DNA of 64,000 nt, from IMG/VR virus record IMGVR_UViG_3300035182_002586, positions 310,001-374,000 of that record; one strand, 5' to 3'. A program made the position numbers and the translations under genes. A model generated the notes under the pieces. The model was not told the origin of the DNA. It ran no database searches and worked only from the letters and a program-made list of their open reading frames with translations. Positions 8,160 through 18,374 of this stretch are shown piece after piece. Each line of letters begins with the position of its first letter. Positions within the stretch are counted from its first letter, which is position 1.

Positions 8160-11100
8160 TCACTCGGCGTCGATGGCCACCCCATCACTGAGCGCCAAGT
8201 TCCGAAGCTCCCGAGCGAACGTTTCGGGGTCGACGAGAACCCCGAAGGACGGGTCGATCAAGATGTTCCCGAAGGGGTCGATCAGTCGAAGAGGGGACCC
8301 ACGGTCCACGTCCCGAGCGATACCACAGCAGACGCCCTGCACGATTTTGACCGTCTGGCGAGAGACGTTGTTCAGGCGGATCGTGAAGGGCTTCCTCCCC
8401 GCCGCTGGAACCGGAGCCTTGGCGGGGGCCCGAGGGGCGTCCCAGACGTTCGGCTTGGCCGGGGTCATGACGATGGGGGCCGAAGCCTGAACGGGCGCTG
8501 ACGGGGCGCTGATGGGCGCCGGGGCAGCACTGGAAGGGGTCGGAGCTGCCCCTCCGGCGTTCACGGGAGCCGTCTGAGGCTGCATCCCCGCTACTTCCGG
8601 GTCCGTCTCCCACCCCGGCTTGAGGATGCCTTCGAGCCACGGTGGGACCTTGTGGTACAGCTTGTCCCCGACCTGGACGTGGAAGTCCTTCTCGTTGTCC
8701 TTGAGGTCCGAGAGCTTCCCCTTCTTCCCGCGGGTCAGCATGTCCCAGTTGTACTGACCGCCCCACGACTGACCGAGCAGGGGCTCTACGATCAGGGGGA
8801 CCCTCCACTTCGGAGAGAGCGGAGGCGAAGGCATGCTCGTCGGGGCCTCCATGATCCGCACAAGAACCGGCAAGACGACCGGCACGCGGTCGTTGCGGAT
8901 CTCGAAGACGATTTCGTCGTGCACCGTGAGCAGCATCCTCACGGTGTCGTCACCACCCTGCTTGAGCCACCCACGCTTGTAGAATTCCTTGTGCAGCAGG
9001 ATCATCACGATCTTCATGATGTCTGCGCCGGACCCCTGGATCGCGTAGTTGACCGCGTGGCGCTCGCACGCTGCTTTGATGGCGTTCTCGGGCGAATCGA
9101 TGTCGGGGATGGCGATCCACCGACCGAAGGCCGTGTAGACGCCCTTCTTCTCCTTGACCGTGGCGTGCTGCTTCTTGATCCACTTGGCGAACTCGGGGAC
9201 CGCCTTGTCGAAGAGCTGCTTCTTGCGAGCCGCTTCCTCACGCGTGCACCCGGGGATGGCGCGCATGATCGCTGCGGGTCCGCCGCCGTAGAGCAGTGCG
9301 AAGTTGGCGATCTTGCCGGCCTTGCGTTGTTCCTTGGTCGGCTTGTCCACGCCGAAGAACGCGCGCGCCGTGATGGTGTGGAGGTCCCCTTCCCCTTCGA
9401 GGAACTCCTTGATCCACACTGGCTCGCCCGAGACGTTCGTGGCGATGCGGAGTTCCTCGCCTGCGTAGTCCGACTTCACCATCGTGTAGCCGGGACGGGC
9501 GATGAACCCGTTGCGGAGTGCCGAGGCGCCAGGGATGCCGTGGATCGGCACGGCAGCGAACCCCTGCTCTGCGTCACCCTGCGGTGCGGAGAAGCGTCCC
9601 GTCGCGGCCCCGGTCTCTTTGAACTGGAACCGCATCTCGTGTGAGTCGGGGTCGAAGTTGGTCGTGAGCTTTTCGAGGTAGGTGCCGATCACCTTGTCCT
9701 CTTCACGCCAGTTCACGATCCACTGAAGCACCGGCGGGGCGTTGTCCCCCATCTCTTCGACGAGCGCTTCGAGCGTCTTGGCGTCGGTCTTGTACTGCCC
9801 ACTCTTCTCGTTGATCGGAGGCTTCCCCTTCGGCCAGTCCAGACTCTCGGTGACCGTGATGTTGAGGCCACGCTCCCCGGAGAAGAGGAAGTCACTGAGC
9901 TGCTTGGGTGACCCGGGCTCGAACCCGTGGAACCCCTTGCTCACCGCGAAGTCAATGATGCGCTTGTGCAGCTCGTCCCGCTTCTCGATGTGGACGACGA
10001 GCAGGCGACGGAAGCACTCCACGTCGATCTTGACGCGGTTGCGCTCCATGGTGCGCACGACCTGGATGACCTGCTTCTCGATGCGGTAGGTGCCTGAGAG
10101 GTCCTTCCGCTTCTTGACCTTGGGGATGATGTCGGGGATGTCGCAGAGACGACGCGTGCAGATGGCGTCCGAGCACGCGTACTTCTTGACCCCCTCTTCG
10201 TCCGGCGCGAGGGTGTCGAACTGGATGCGTCGCCCCTGCGTGAACAGATCCTTGAGCTTGATCATCTCGTACGCGTTCCCCTCGGGATCGCGCAGCAGCT
10301 CCATGGACTTGAACTTGAGACCGAGGGCCTTGTCCGCCGAGTAGATGACGAAGGACGCGAGCAGCCCGTCCTCGAAGCTCTCCGGGTGCCACCAGTCGAT
10401 GCCGGTAACCGGGTAGAGCATCTCCTGGTCAAACTTCGCGTTCCAGAAGTCGATGACGACCTGCGGGGGCTTCTCGAACACGCGGAACGAGAGGGGGTCC
10501 GTCTGGTCCGGCCCGGGCGTCGGCTGAGCCGCCCAGCAGAGGCGTGAGATCGCTTCCTCGACCTGCGTAACCGGGAGGTTGCCTGCGGGGCCGTCGTCGA
10601 TCGGGTTGTGGCGGACCGGGATGTAGTAGCCAGTCTTCGCGTCACCGACTGCGATGCAGAAGCCGACGATCTGGTGGACCGTGCGCGGCTTGCCCTTGGC
10701 GTCGTAAAAGATGCGGGTGTCGAGCCCTTGGGTCTCCAGGTCGAGCGCGCACCGCCCGACTCTGATCGCCTCGTCCACGATCTCGTTGACCTGCTCGATG
10801 CTCTTCACGAGGACGAAGTTGTGGTGCTTCATCCACGGCATCGTCGGGTTGGGGACCTGCCTCTCCGGCTGGATACCCGCGTTGAACATGAAGTCGTCCG
10901 GGCTATCCCCGTCGTCTTCCGGCAGCGGCGTGCCTGCATGTGCAGCAGCCACCTCTTCCGGGGGCGGCGGGTGTCCGTTGACCCGTTCGTAGAGCGCGGC
11001 CGCGCGCTGTTCCAGGCTCTCAGCATCCTGGCTCGGACCCGGGAGAGGGTCTCCCGGCAGATCGTCCGTCTCCCCCACCGCAGCCACAGGCGCGGGCGCG

Positions 11101-11213
11101 GGAGGGGCCGCAGCCGGGGTCGGCTCTGAGGGGCCGCTGAGCCCGAGGAAGGCGAGGGTGTCTTCCAGGTCGTCGTCTGCACTCGTGTTGGTTGTCACCG
11201 GCGTATCGCTCAA
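8160..11213 (-). CDS. polA: family A DNA polymerase with 3'-5' exonuclease domain
   Basis: ALDLETQG (Exo I), KSDYAGEELR (motif A), RKAGKIANFALLYGGG (motif B), TVHDEIVFE (motif C). Confidence 0.95.
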   Translation of the reverse strand: MSDTPVTTNTSADDDLEDTLAFLGLSGPSEPTPAAAPPAPAPVAAVGETDDLPGDPLPGPSQDAESLEQRAAALYERVNGHPPPPEEVAAAHAGTPLPEDDGDSPDDFMFNAGIQPERQVPNPTMPWMKHHNFVLVKSIEQVNEIVDEAIRVGRCALDLETQGLDTRIFYDAKGKPRTVHQIVGFCIAVGDAKTGYYIPVRHNPIDDGPAGNLPVTQVEEAISRLCWAAQPTPGPDQTDPLSFRVFEKPPQVVIDFWNAKFDQEMLYPVTGIDWWHPESFEDGLLASFVIYSADKALGLKFKSMELLRDPEGNAYEMIKLKDLFTQGRRIQFDTLAPDEEGVKKYACSDAICTRRLCDIPDIIPKVKKRKDLSGTYRIEKQVIQVVRTMERNRVKIDVECFRRLLVVHIEKRDELHKRIIDFAVSKGFHGFEPGSPKQLSDFLFSGERGLNITVTESLDWPKGKPPINEKSGQYKTDAKTLEALVEEMGDNAPPVLQWIVNWREEDKVIGTYLEKLTTNFDPDSHEMRFQFKETGAATGRFSAPQGDAEQGFAAVPIHGIPGASALRNGFIARPGYTMVKSDYAGEELRIATNVSGEPVWIKEFLEGEGDLHTITARAFFGVDKPTKEQRKAGKIANFALLYGGGPAAIMRAIPGCTREEAARKKQLFDKAVPEFAKWIKKQHATVKEKKGVYTAFGRWIAIPDIDSPENAIKAACERHAVNYAIQGSGADIMKIVMILLHKEFYKRGWLKQGGDDTVRMLLTVHDEIVFEIRNDRVPVVLPVLVRIMEAPTSMPSPPLSPKWRVPLIVEPLLGQSWGGQYNWDMLTRGKKGKLSDLKDNEKDFHVQVGDKLYHKVPPWLEGILKPGWETDPEVAGMQPQTAPVNAGGAAPTPSSAAPAPISAPSAPVQASAPIVMTPAKPNVWDAPRAPAKAPVPAAGRKPFTIRLNNVSRQTVKIVQGVCCGIARDVDRGSPLRLIDPFGNILIDPSFGVLVDPETFARELRNLALSDGVAIDAE

Positions 11214-11647
11214 GGCTTCTTCTCCTGCGTAACGACGACCACGTACACCCCTTCACGCCACAGGTTGATCGCCTCGGAGACGAGACGACGAAGTTCGTCG
11301 TCTACGAGACCTCCGGGCGTGTAGCACCAGGGCATTTTCTTCGCCGTGGGGTGACACTCGTTGGGGGCATACAGAGAGCACCGCGTACGCGTGTCACACT
11401 CACGGGCAACCACAGGGAGCTTTCTGAGAGCCCCTTGCGGTTGTACCCCGAGCGCATCAACGAGGGGTTTCGTCCACCCGACGAGAGCCTGGTCCATCAC
11501 CGTCTTCGTCACGACGGTGAAGAGGGCCGCGACCTCGTGATCTTGGAGGGCTCGCCAAGAAGACTCCCACTCCCCTGCTGTGTTGTAGATGAGGTACAGC
11601 TCCAGCTTCCCAAGCTCGCGCGGGCGGAGCGTCAACCGTCGGGGCAC
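11210..11647 (-). CDS. hypothetical Cys-containing protein
   Basis: GTG start at VPRRLTLR overlapping the upstream stop; ends overlapping the polA start. Confidence 0.6.
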   Translation of the reverse strand: MPRRLTLRPRELGKLELYLIYNTAGEWESSWRALQDHEVAALFTVVTKTVMDQALVGWTKPLVDALGVQPQGALRKLPVVARECDTRTRCSLYAPNECHPTAKKMPWCYTPGGLVDDELRRLVSEAINLWREGVYVVVVTQEKKP

Positions 11648-12285
11648 GAACGCTCCCTCTCCCCGATCTTGTCGAGGATTTTCCGCAGGATGGGGATGGC
11701 ATCCGTTGGCGTACGTGCTCCGTTGTTCAGCTCGTATGCCAGACGATCCAGAGCAGAACCGAGGGTGAGGTAGGGCCGCAGCTCGAAGCAGCGCTTGGCG
11801 CTGAGCAGGCGCCGCTCGCACACCTCGAAGAGCTTCCGCACTTCGTCGCTAGACTCGTCGTGAATCGCCTCCTCTTCGTAGCTCCCTCCGAAGGCCGGCG
11901 GTTCTGGCGGGGTGATGCCGTACGACTTCTCGATGTCTCGCAAGAGCCCCGTGAACCGGCCCTCGAAGTTGGTGAACTTCTTCCACAGCCCGATGCAGTC
12001 CCATCCGGGCTCCTGGCAGACGAAGCACCACATGTGCGAGGAGCCCTTCACGGACTCCGGGTAGAAGCGGCACGAGGGTTTCTTGTCCGCCCCGTGGAAC
12101 GGACAAGAGATCTGCTCCTCACGCGTGCCGTTGAAGCGAAGCTCGATCCCGTTGCGGGCGAGAACGTCGTACGCCGTCACCCGGTTGTGGATCAGCTCGA
12201 TTCGCTTCTTGACCCACTGCTTCGCCGCATCGGATTGCTCTACCTCGCGACGAGCCTCTCCTGCGAAGTCTCGTGCTCGTGCCAT
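11632..12285 (-). CDS. CHC2 (DnaG-type) zinc-binding-domain protein without TOPRIM domain
   Basis: ISCPFHGADKKPSC...WCFVC...GWDCIGL; between helicase and polymerase. Confidence 0.85.
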   Translation of the reverse strand: MARARDFAGEARREVEQSDAAKQWVKKRIELIHNRVTAYDVLARNGIELRFNGTREEQISCPFHGADKKPSCRFYPESVKGSSHMWCFVCQEPGWDCIGLWKKFTNFEGRFTGLLRDIEKSYGITPPEPPAFGGSYEEEAIHDESSDEVRKLFEVCERRLLSAKRCFELRPYLTLGSALDRLAYELNNGARTPTDAIPILRKILDKIGERERSCPDG

Positions 12286-12307
12286 CGGTTGCACCCCGTA
12301 CACCAGA

Positions 12308-13765
12308 TCAGACGTTGAGCAGGTCGGTGAGCTGGCTCGTGTGCTCCTCGACGCTCATGCCCTTGGACGCAGAGTTGTACGAGGTGATGTTGTAGATGCG
12401 GCGGCACGCGAAGGCGACCGATGCCTTGAACGGCTCGAACAGCGGGTTGTCGCGGTTCTTGAGGTTGCAGATGAACGTTGTCCCGTCCCGCCTATGGTCC
12501 TCGTTGAGGTAGGTCGTCGAGATCACGTCGGCGCTCTTCTCTGCCTCGTTCGCGTACGTGAGGGCCCGCATCTTGTACTTGCCCCCGTCCTTGTCCGCTG
12601 CGTCCTTCCCATCGCGGTTGATCTGGAAGAGCATCAGCACGGGGATCTTCTCGCCGTGGTTGAAGTGCAGCGCGAGCTTCTTGGCGTCGCGGATGACGCT
12701 GTTCAGCTCGACGGTGTAGTTGACGTTCCGCTTCTTCTTCCGGGCCTCGATGAGCTGTCCGTGGTCGAGGACGATCAGCCCGAGTTCCTTCTGCTTGTGG
12801 AGAAGCTCGGATTCGAGCTTCACGTCGTCCATCGTGACCTCGTGGTCCGGTGAACGCACCTCCAGAGCGCAGTACTCGGGGTTGTTGTTGAAGTCGTGGA
12901 TGACCTCTTGGAAGAACGCCTCTTCCTCCGGTGACAGCTCGCCGTCGCGCACCTTGCGGTAGTCGAGCGGCTTGTGCCCCTTCGCGAGCCAGATCTGGTT
13001 GGCCGAGTGCAGGACGTGGAGCTGGAGGCAGATCTGCTCGTAGGGCATCTCGAACGACCAGTAGAGGACGTTCGTGCGGTAGCGCGTGACGAGGTTGTAC
13101 GCCCAGTTCAGGGCGAAGGTCGTCTTCAACTCGCCCGGGAACGCAGCGTGGATCCACAGCTCGCCGCGCTTGATGCCGTGACACACCTTGTCGATGTCGT
13201 TGAGGCCAGTGAACTTGCCCCACATCTTGCTCTTGTCGCTCTTCGACCGGACGTACTCGTCCCACACGCGCTGACCGTCCGTCAGGACGTTGCCTGCGGT
13301 CTTCGCGTTCTGGTCGGGGACGATGAGGTCGTTGGCGCGTGAGGCGAAGTGTGTGAGGCCGTCTCGGACGCCGAACTTGCGGTCGCCGTCGATCTCCAGG
13401 CCCTTGGAGATGATCTCCTGAGACTCCTTGAGGAGCTGGACGGCCTTGTGCCGCATCCGCTCCGCCACCGCGTTGTCGAGGAGGTAGGCGAAGTTCGTGC
13501 GGACGAAGGGCTCGGCCCCCGCGATGTCCTTGAGGCGTTCCTCGATCTCGACATCCTTGAGCGCCCCGAAGTAGTGCGCGATGGTGCCCGCCGAAGGCAG
13601 CTCCATCCGGCGCTGGAAGTACTCCTTGACGAAATCGTAGATGCGCTGGTCGTCGGGACGATCCCACTCGAACTGCGAGGTGATGAGCTTCTGGAAGTTG
13701 AGGATCAGGTTCTCTTGCGAGATTGACCCTCCGTAGTCGACGATGCTGCGGAGGAGCTGTTTCAC
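12308..13765 (-). CDS. dnaB: DnaB-like replicative helicase
   Basis: AFPGELKTT Walker A variant, YWSFEM, LIVLDHGQLI, LFQINR, NEAEKSADV, KNRD. Confidence 0.85.
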   Translation of the reverse strand: MKQLLRSIVDYGGSISQENLILNFQKLITSQFEWDRPDDQRIYDFVKEYFQRRMELPSAGTIAHYFGALKDVEIEERLKDIAGAEPFVRTNFAYLLDNAVAERMRHKAVQLLKESQEIISKGLEIDGDRKFGVRDGLTHFASRANDLIVPDQNAKTAGNVLTDGQRVWDEYVRSKSDKSKMWGKFTGLNDIDKVCHGIKRGELWIHAAFPGELKTTFALNWAYNLVTRYRTNVLYWSFEMPYEQICLQLHVLHSANQIWLAKGHKPLDYRKVRDGELSPEEEAFFQEVIHDFNNNPEYCALEVRSPDHEVTMDDVKLESELLHKQKELGLIVLDHGQLIEARKKKRNVNYTVELNSVIRDAKKLALHFNHGEKIPVLMLFQINRDGKDAADKDGGKYKMRALTYANEAEKSADVISTTYLNEDHRRDGTTFICNLKNRDNPLFEPFKASVAFACRRIYNITSYNSASKGMSVEEHTSQLTDLLNV

Positions 13766-14691
13766 CAGTCACCTCCCCCGCGGTTGTTGCCCTTTTTCTT
13801 CTTCTCCCACGGTTTCTTCTTCGTCTTGTTCTCGCCGGGGAAAGCGGTCGCCACAGCCGTAGTGGCGAGACTCGGCTCCGGGGGCGGCCTCATCCCGCCC
13901 GTGCGTTTGGCCGTGGGGGCCTCGACTTGCCCGTGACCCTCCGGCACCGGCTCCTCACCGAGGCCCACTTCCTCCACGGCGGAGGCCGTAGGCTGACCCC
14001 ACTCGCTATACCCTTGGGGTGCAACACCCTCGTCTCGACCCTCATCGAAGTGGGACACCTCGACGACCTCGAAGCGGTTCTTGATGTACTCGTACACGTC
14101 TTCCGAGTAGGCGAAGTGGCCCATCGTGAACGGGGACTGCGGGGAGTCGATCAGCCAGGTTGGCTTGAGCGCCACCTCCCGGAGCATCAGCGCTTCCTTC
14201 AAGATTCCGGGCATGGCGACGTTCTTGTACCCCAAGTGCCCGAGTCGGATGATGACGAGATCGAAGTCACGCCCCACGATGTCCGCGAGCGTGTTGAAGG
14301 TCTGCATGTCGTCGCGCTTGCTACGTGCACGAGAGCTGTAGGACTCAGCGCCCACGTAGACCGTGCGGAGTCTCTCGTCGGTCAGCATCGTGTACTTGGG
14401 GAACACCCCTGAGGACCGGTCGGCCAAGGCACCGAGCGCCCACTTGATGTGAGGCATCACGTCGGTCCAGTAGCCGCGGATGACGAGGTTCTTTTTCGTC
14501 AGGTCCTCTGGCTCCCCGTTCGGAACGTGGACGAAGAGGGGGCTCCCCGGAGGCGTGGGCACGGCACACAGCTCCGGTCCGAGATAGGTTCTGATGGCCC
14601 GCTTCCGAGCACACCGACACTCCCGGACGTTCAGGTCATCTACCGGGATGACCCCCGCACCACCGCAGATCTCGCAGACCGGATCAGACAT
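13762..14691 (-). CDS. putative helicase loader (degenerate DnaC/IstB-like) with N-terminal Zn ribbon
   Basis: CEICGGAG...ECRC N-terminus; FDLVIIRLG; overlaps the dnaB start. Confidence 0.45.
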   Translation of the reverse strand: MSDPVCEICGGAGVIPVDDLNVRECRCARKRAIRTYLGPELCAVPTPPGSPLFVHVPNGEPEDLTKKNLVIRGYWTDVMPHIKWALGALADRSSGVFPKYTMLTDERLRTVYVGAESYSSRARSKRDDMQTFNTLADIVGRDFDLVIIRLGHLGYKNVAMPGILKEALMLREVALKPTWLIDSPQSPFTMGHFAYSEDVYEYIKNRFEVVEVSHFDEGRDEGVAPQGYSEWGQPTASAVEEVGLGEEPVPEGHGQVEAPTAKRTGGMRPPPEPSLATTAVATAFPGENKTKKKPWEKKKKGNNRGGGDW

Positions 14692-15157
14692 CGCGAAGGG
14701 TCTCCGTGTCTCCCGCTTGGTCGATGGCGGCCTGCATGCGCAGACCCCACGTGTACGCCGAGCGCTTCCGCCGCTCCACCTCTTCGTGATTCTCCTGTGA
14801 GTACCCCTCTTCGAGGTTCTTGAGGAGACGGTTGCGAAGAAGCTCCAGTAGGGTGGTGGGTGTGTCTCCGCACGGTCCCCTGTCCCACGGGAGGACCGTG
14901 CAGGACGAGGGCAACTGCAACTCTGTCAGCTTCCTGAACAGGAGGTGCACCATGTCCTTGTCGGTCAGCTCGGTGTCGGCCGACGAGGGGTCCCCCATTC
15001 TGGCCACGGCGTCGAGGACCTTGAAGACGCGCGCATCCTCGTACTCGCAGATACTATCGAGACCCACCGCATTCGTCGCCCCTCGGAAGACGCGGGCGTC
15101 TGACGTCGTGACTTCGAGCACGAGTCGCATCGACTGTACTTTGGGGTAGTCGGACAT
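14684..15157 (-). CDS. hypothetical protein
   Basis: ORF from MSDYPKVQ, GGTGTA motif upstream. Confidence 0.65.
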   Translation of the reverse strand: MSDYPKVQSMRLVLEVTTSDARVFRGATNAVGLDSICEYEDARVFKVLDAVARMGDPSSADTELTDKDMVHLLFRKLTELQLPSSCTVLPWDRGPCGDTPTTLLELLRNRLLKNLEEGYSQENHEEVERRKRSAYTWGLRMQAAIDQAGDTETLRDV

Positions 15158-15188
15158 GAGGTGGGCCTCGTCGTACACCAGGTGGGGG

Positions 15189-15449
15189 TCAGCCCTTCTC
15201 GTGCTTCTCTCCGTCGCGATCGACCCACTCGATCGCGGCCACGGCGACGGCTGCGACGATGACCATCTGGTGGCGGAACGTGCGGACGTTCCACGGCCAG
15301 TGCACGGCCCGACCAACGTGCTTCGTGAGGAGCCCGATCCAGTCGTTCGGCGCGTTGCACTCGTCGTGGTCGGGACCGCCCCACAGACGATCCTGCTTGC
15401 TGCGCTCGATGTTGATCTCGTTGTAGATGCCTTCGCGATCGTGGTTCAT
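15189..15449 (-). CDS. small all-alpha protein, possibly MazG/NTP-pyrophosphohydrolase-like
   Basis: ERSKQDRLWG...QMVIVAAVAVAAIEW helical pattern. Confidence 0.45.
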   Translation of the reverse strand: MNHDREGIYNEINIERSKQDRLWGGPDHDECNAPNDWIGLLTKHVGRAVHWPWNVRTFRHQMVIVAAVAVAAIEWVDRDGEKHEKG

Positions 15450-17191
15450 TGGCCTCGTTCCTCTTGCTGCATGCTGCGGATCAGGTCACGCGCAGACTGC
15501 TTCTCGGCGCCGAATTCCAGCGCCCCGACCGCCGCCTCGCCGAGCACCTTGTCGACGAGCCCCTTTTTGCCGCCGAGCAGCTTGAGGACGTGGTGGTCGA
15601 TAGTCTTGTTCGACTTGTACTTGCCCTCCGGCCGCTCTGCGATCAGGTGGTAGACGACCACCGTGTCGTGGACCGAGCCGATGCGCATCGAACGCCCGAG
15701 GAGCTGCACGTAGTTGCCCCAGCTCCACGGCGCGTCGTAGAAGATCATCGCTGACGCGGACTGTAGGTTGATGGCCTCGCTCCCGGCGTCCGTGATGAAG
15801 ATGACCTTCGTGTCGGAACTCATGTCCTGGAACGTCTGCTGCGCGGCGCGACGCTTGAGGTCCGACTCCTTGCCCGTGATGCGGACGCTCTTGATGTTCG
15901 CGTCCTTGAGGATCTGCTGGAGACGCGTGACGAGCTTCTCGAAGCGTGTGTAGATGATGATCTTTTCGTCGTCCAGCTCGCCCGTGATGAGGTCGAGAAG
16001 GGCCTCTTCCTTGCTCCCCTTCTCTTTGACCTTCGTGGACTCGTCGAAGTAGAACCCCGTCGAGATCTCTTGTCCGTCCTCGAACTTGAGGGTGTGGAGG
16101 GAGTTGACGATCTGCTGGCAGTAGATGAGAGAGGTGAGAGCCTTGGTCTCCGTGAACTCTTTCATCTCCCCGTCGCCGAGTTCGAGGATGCCGTCCAGGG
16201 CCTCCTTGTACTTCACGTCCTCCGCGAGGGACATCTCCACGGGGACCTCACGCGTCACGAGCTTCGGGAGTTCGTCTGAGACCATGTGCTTGGGCCTGCC
16301 GAGGAAGTAGGGGTCGATACGCTCACGGAAGATGTCGAGGTGCTTGTACCCAGTGATAATGGGGATCCGGCGCGCCCCGAATTTCTGGAGCACGACGTGG
16401 CAGAAGTCGTCCATGAACTTCTGCTTCGTGGTGAAGAGAGGCGGAACGACAGCCTTGTAGATCGAGAAGCCCTCGATCAAGTTGTTCTTCAACAGCGTGG
16501 CCGTCAGCCCGTAACACCGCTTCGAGCGATCCGAGAGGAAGCGGCACGTCTGCCACGTCTTCGTTCGCATGTTCTTGAACGCGGTCGCTTCGTCGAAGAC
16601 CGTCACCAGACTCGGGATGCCGGAGGTGAGCCGATCGAGCAGGCCGGGGGTCACCGGCTTCTTGGGGTCCGGGTGCCCGTTCGGGAGCAGAGGTACGTGG
16701 CCCCCGGCGTCCCAATCGCGTTGCAGGATGGGGTAGCTCAGGAGAAGGACCGCCTTCTCGCAGTTGGGGCCCGTAGGTGCCGCCTTCCACTCCTCATACA
16801 CGGCCCGTCGCTTCTCGGGGGTGCCCGAGACCACGTAGCACCGGACCCCGACCGTGAAGCGGGCGATCTCCCCTGCCCACTGGCGGAGCGCCGACTTCGG
16901 CGTGACGACGATCACCTTGTTGTGAGGCTCCTTGTTCGGCGCCCACAGGTGACACAGCGCCCCAATGACCTCGACGGTCTTGCCTAGGCCCGTGCCGTCC
17001 CCGAGCACCATGCGTGGCTGCACGAGCAGGTGGAAGATCCCTTGCGCCTGGTAGTAGCGAAGTCGCAAGGGCTGCGGCTTGCCGTCCTGCCCGATGATCT
17101 CCGTACGGAGCAAGGGCGTGGGCTTCAGCTCCAGCGTCTTGCTGGTTCGGATCTTCTTGAGCTTCTCGTGCAGCTCGCGGATGTCAGCCAT
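15446..17191 (-). CDS. SNF2-family helicase
   Basis: LGDGTGLGKT, VFDEAT, LTATLLKN, IIYTRF, DAGSEAINL, QLLGRSMRIG. Confidence 0.92.
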   Translation of the reverse strand: MADIRELHEKLKKIRTSKTLELKPTPLLRTEIIGQDGKPQPLRLRYYQAQGIFHLLVQPRMVLGDGTGLGKTVEVIGALCHLWAPNKEPHNKVIVVTPKSALRQWAGEIARFTVGVRCYVVSGTPEKRRAVYEEWKAAPTGPNCEKAVLLLSYPILQRDWDAGGHVPLLPNGHPDPKKPVTPGLLDRLTSGIPSLVTVFDEATAFKNMRTKTWQTCRFLSDRSKRCYGLTATLLKNNLIEGFSIYKAVVPPLFTTKQKFMDDFCHVVLQKFGARRIPIITGYKHLDIFRERIDPYFLGRPKHMVSDELPKLVTREVPVEMSLAEDVKYKEALDGILELGDGEMKEFTETKALTSLIYCQQIVNSLHTLKFEDGQEISTGFYFDESTKVKEKGSKEEALLDLITGELDDEKIIIYTRFEKLVTRLQQILKDANIKSVRITGKESDLKRRAAQQTFQDMSSDTKVIFITDAGSEAINLQSASAMIFYDAPWSWGNYVQLLGRSMRIGSVHDTVVVYHLIAERPEGKYKSNKTIDHHVLKLLGGKKGLVDKVLGEAAVGALEFGAEKQSARDLIRSMQQEERGQ

Positions 17192-17222
17192 GGGAGCGCG
17201 CCCGTACACCGGGCCGTACAGC

Positions 17223-17636
17223 TCAGGTGTCGCTCGGCGCGCTTTCGTCGTTCTGCGGCGGTTCCGGGGCATCCTCCGGCGTCTCGACCTTCACGAACGG
17301 GAACCGGCGCAGCATGTGCGCGTACTCCCGAACGGATACCTGCATACGATCCGAGCAGGTCGTGAACGTGGTCTTAGGCATCCCCTCAGCGAAACGAGCC
17401 GTGATCTGCGGCAGGGGCGCGTCGGCCGAGAGGCGCATGTCGAACGAGGACAGTACGCCGATCTGTCTCTCCCCCGCGTAGATCTTCGAGACGACGGAGT
17501 AGGTCTGCCCCGTGGCGTCCGCGTCCGCTCGCCCCTCGCGCTTCATCCGCTCCAGGTCGTCGGCCGGGACGGTACCCCTGCGCTGGCTGATCACCACCAC
17601 GAGGTCGTCGTCCCCCACTTCGATCGTCTTCGGCAT
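17223..17636 (-). CDS. hypothetical protein
   Basis: ORF from MPKTIEV with GGAGG upstream. Confidence 0.6.
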   Translation of the reverse strand: MPKTIEVGDDDLVVVISQRRGTVPADDLERMKREGRADADATGQTYSVVSKIYAGERQIGVLSSFDMRLSADAPLPQITARFAEGMPKTTFTTCSDRMQVSVREYAHMLRRFPFVKVETPEDAPEPPQNDESAPSDT

Positions 17637-17733
17637 CTGATCCTCCATCCCGGGCGGGGCCCGTACCCCTCGGAAGAGCGAAAAAGAGATCCTCCGGGAT
17701 GGATCAGACCCACCCACGCACGGTAGGAGGGAC

Positions 17734-18126
17734 ATGAGCGTCACTTTCAGCATCATCGGCGGGGAAACGGACATCGACAGCATGATCGACAGCATGCCGG
17801 AGGACGAGGACGCCATGTACGACAACATGGTGAACGTCTCCAACGCCAACGCGCGGGAACTCCTCATCGCCCTCGGCGCCCCCGGCGCCGACGAGTACCA
17901 GCCGTGTGGGTCGCTTCCGTCCCCCGAGTTCGCCCGCCTCTGCATGCAGGTGGTGAACAGCAACGTGGAAGACCCCGGCCGTGATGCCGTGGAGCCCCTG
18001 CGCAGCGCCGACCAGGCCCGCTTCATCATCTGCGGGCGTCGTCCCGACTACATCAAAGACACGGTGCGTCGTCTGTGGGCTCTGGCGCTCACGGCCCCCG
18101 CCGGCAGTGTAATCTCTTGGGGGTGA
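17734..18126 (+). CDS. hypothetical protein
   Basis: AGGAGG Shine-Dalgarno, high GC3. Confidence 0.75.
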   Translation: MSVTFSIIGGETDIDSMIDSMPEDEDAMYDNMVNVSNANARELLIALGAPGADEYQPCGSLPSPEFARLCMQVVNSNVEDPGRDAVEPLRSADQARFIICGRRPDYIKDTVRRLWALALTAPAGSVISWG

Positions 18127-18128
18127 CC

Positions 18129-18374
18129 ATGATCGACATCGACGACGAACGCATCGAGATGCTCAAAGAGCTGCACGCAGACGCCCGGGCCGAGATGCTC
18201 GACGAGCTGTACGCAGAGGCCCAAGAACAGGCCGCGAAGGAAGCGTACGAAGCCGAGTTCGAGGGCTGCGAGCCGCCGATGTCATTCGAGGAGTTCTTCG
18301 CTGCTTGGCGCAAGCGCGTGTCCACTCTGCCTGCACCCCCGCCGGTCGACGAGGACGACGACATCCCGTTCTAG
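18129..18374 (+). CDS. small acidic hypothetical protein ending DDDIPF
   Basis: MIDIDDERIEML...EDDDIPF; SSB-like acidic tail but no OB fold evident. Confidence 0.65.
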   Translation: MIDIDDERIEMLKELHADARAEMLDELYAEAQEQAAKEAYEAEFEGCEPPMSFEEFFAAWRKRVSTLPAPPPVDEDDDIPF

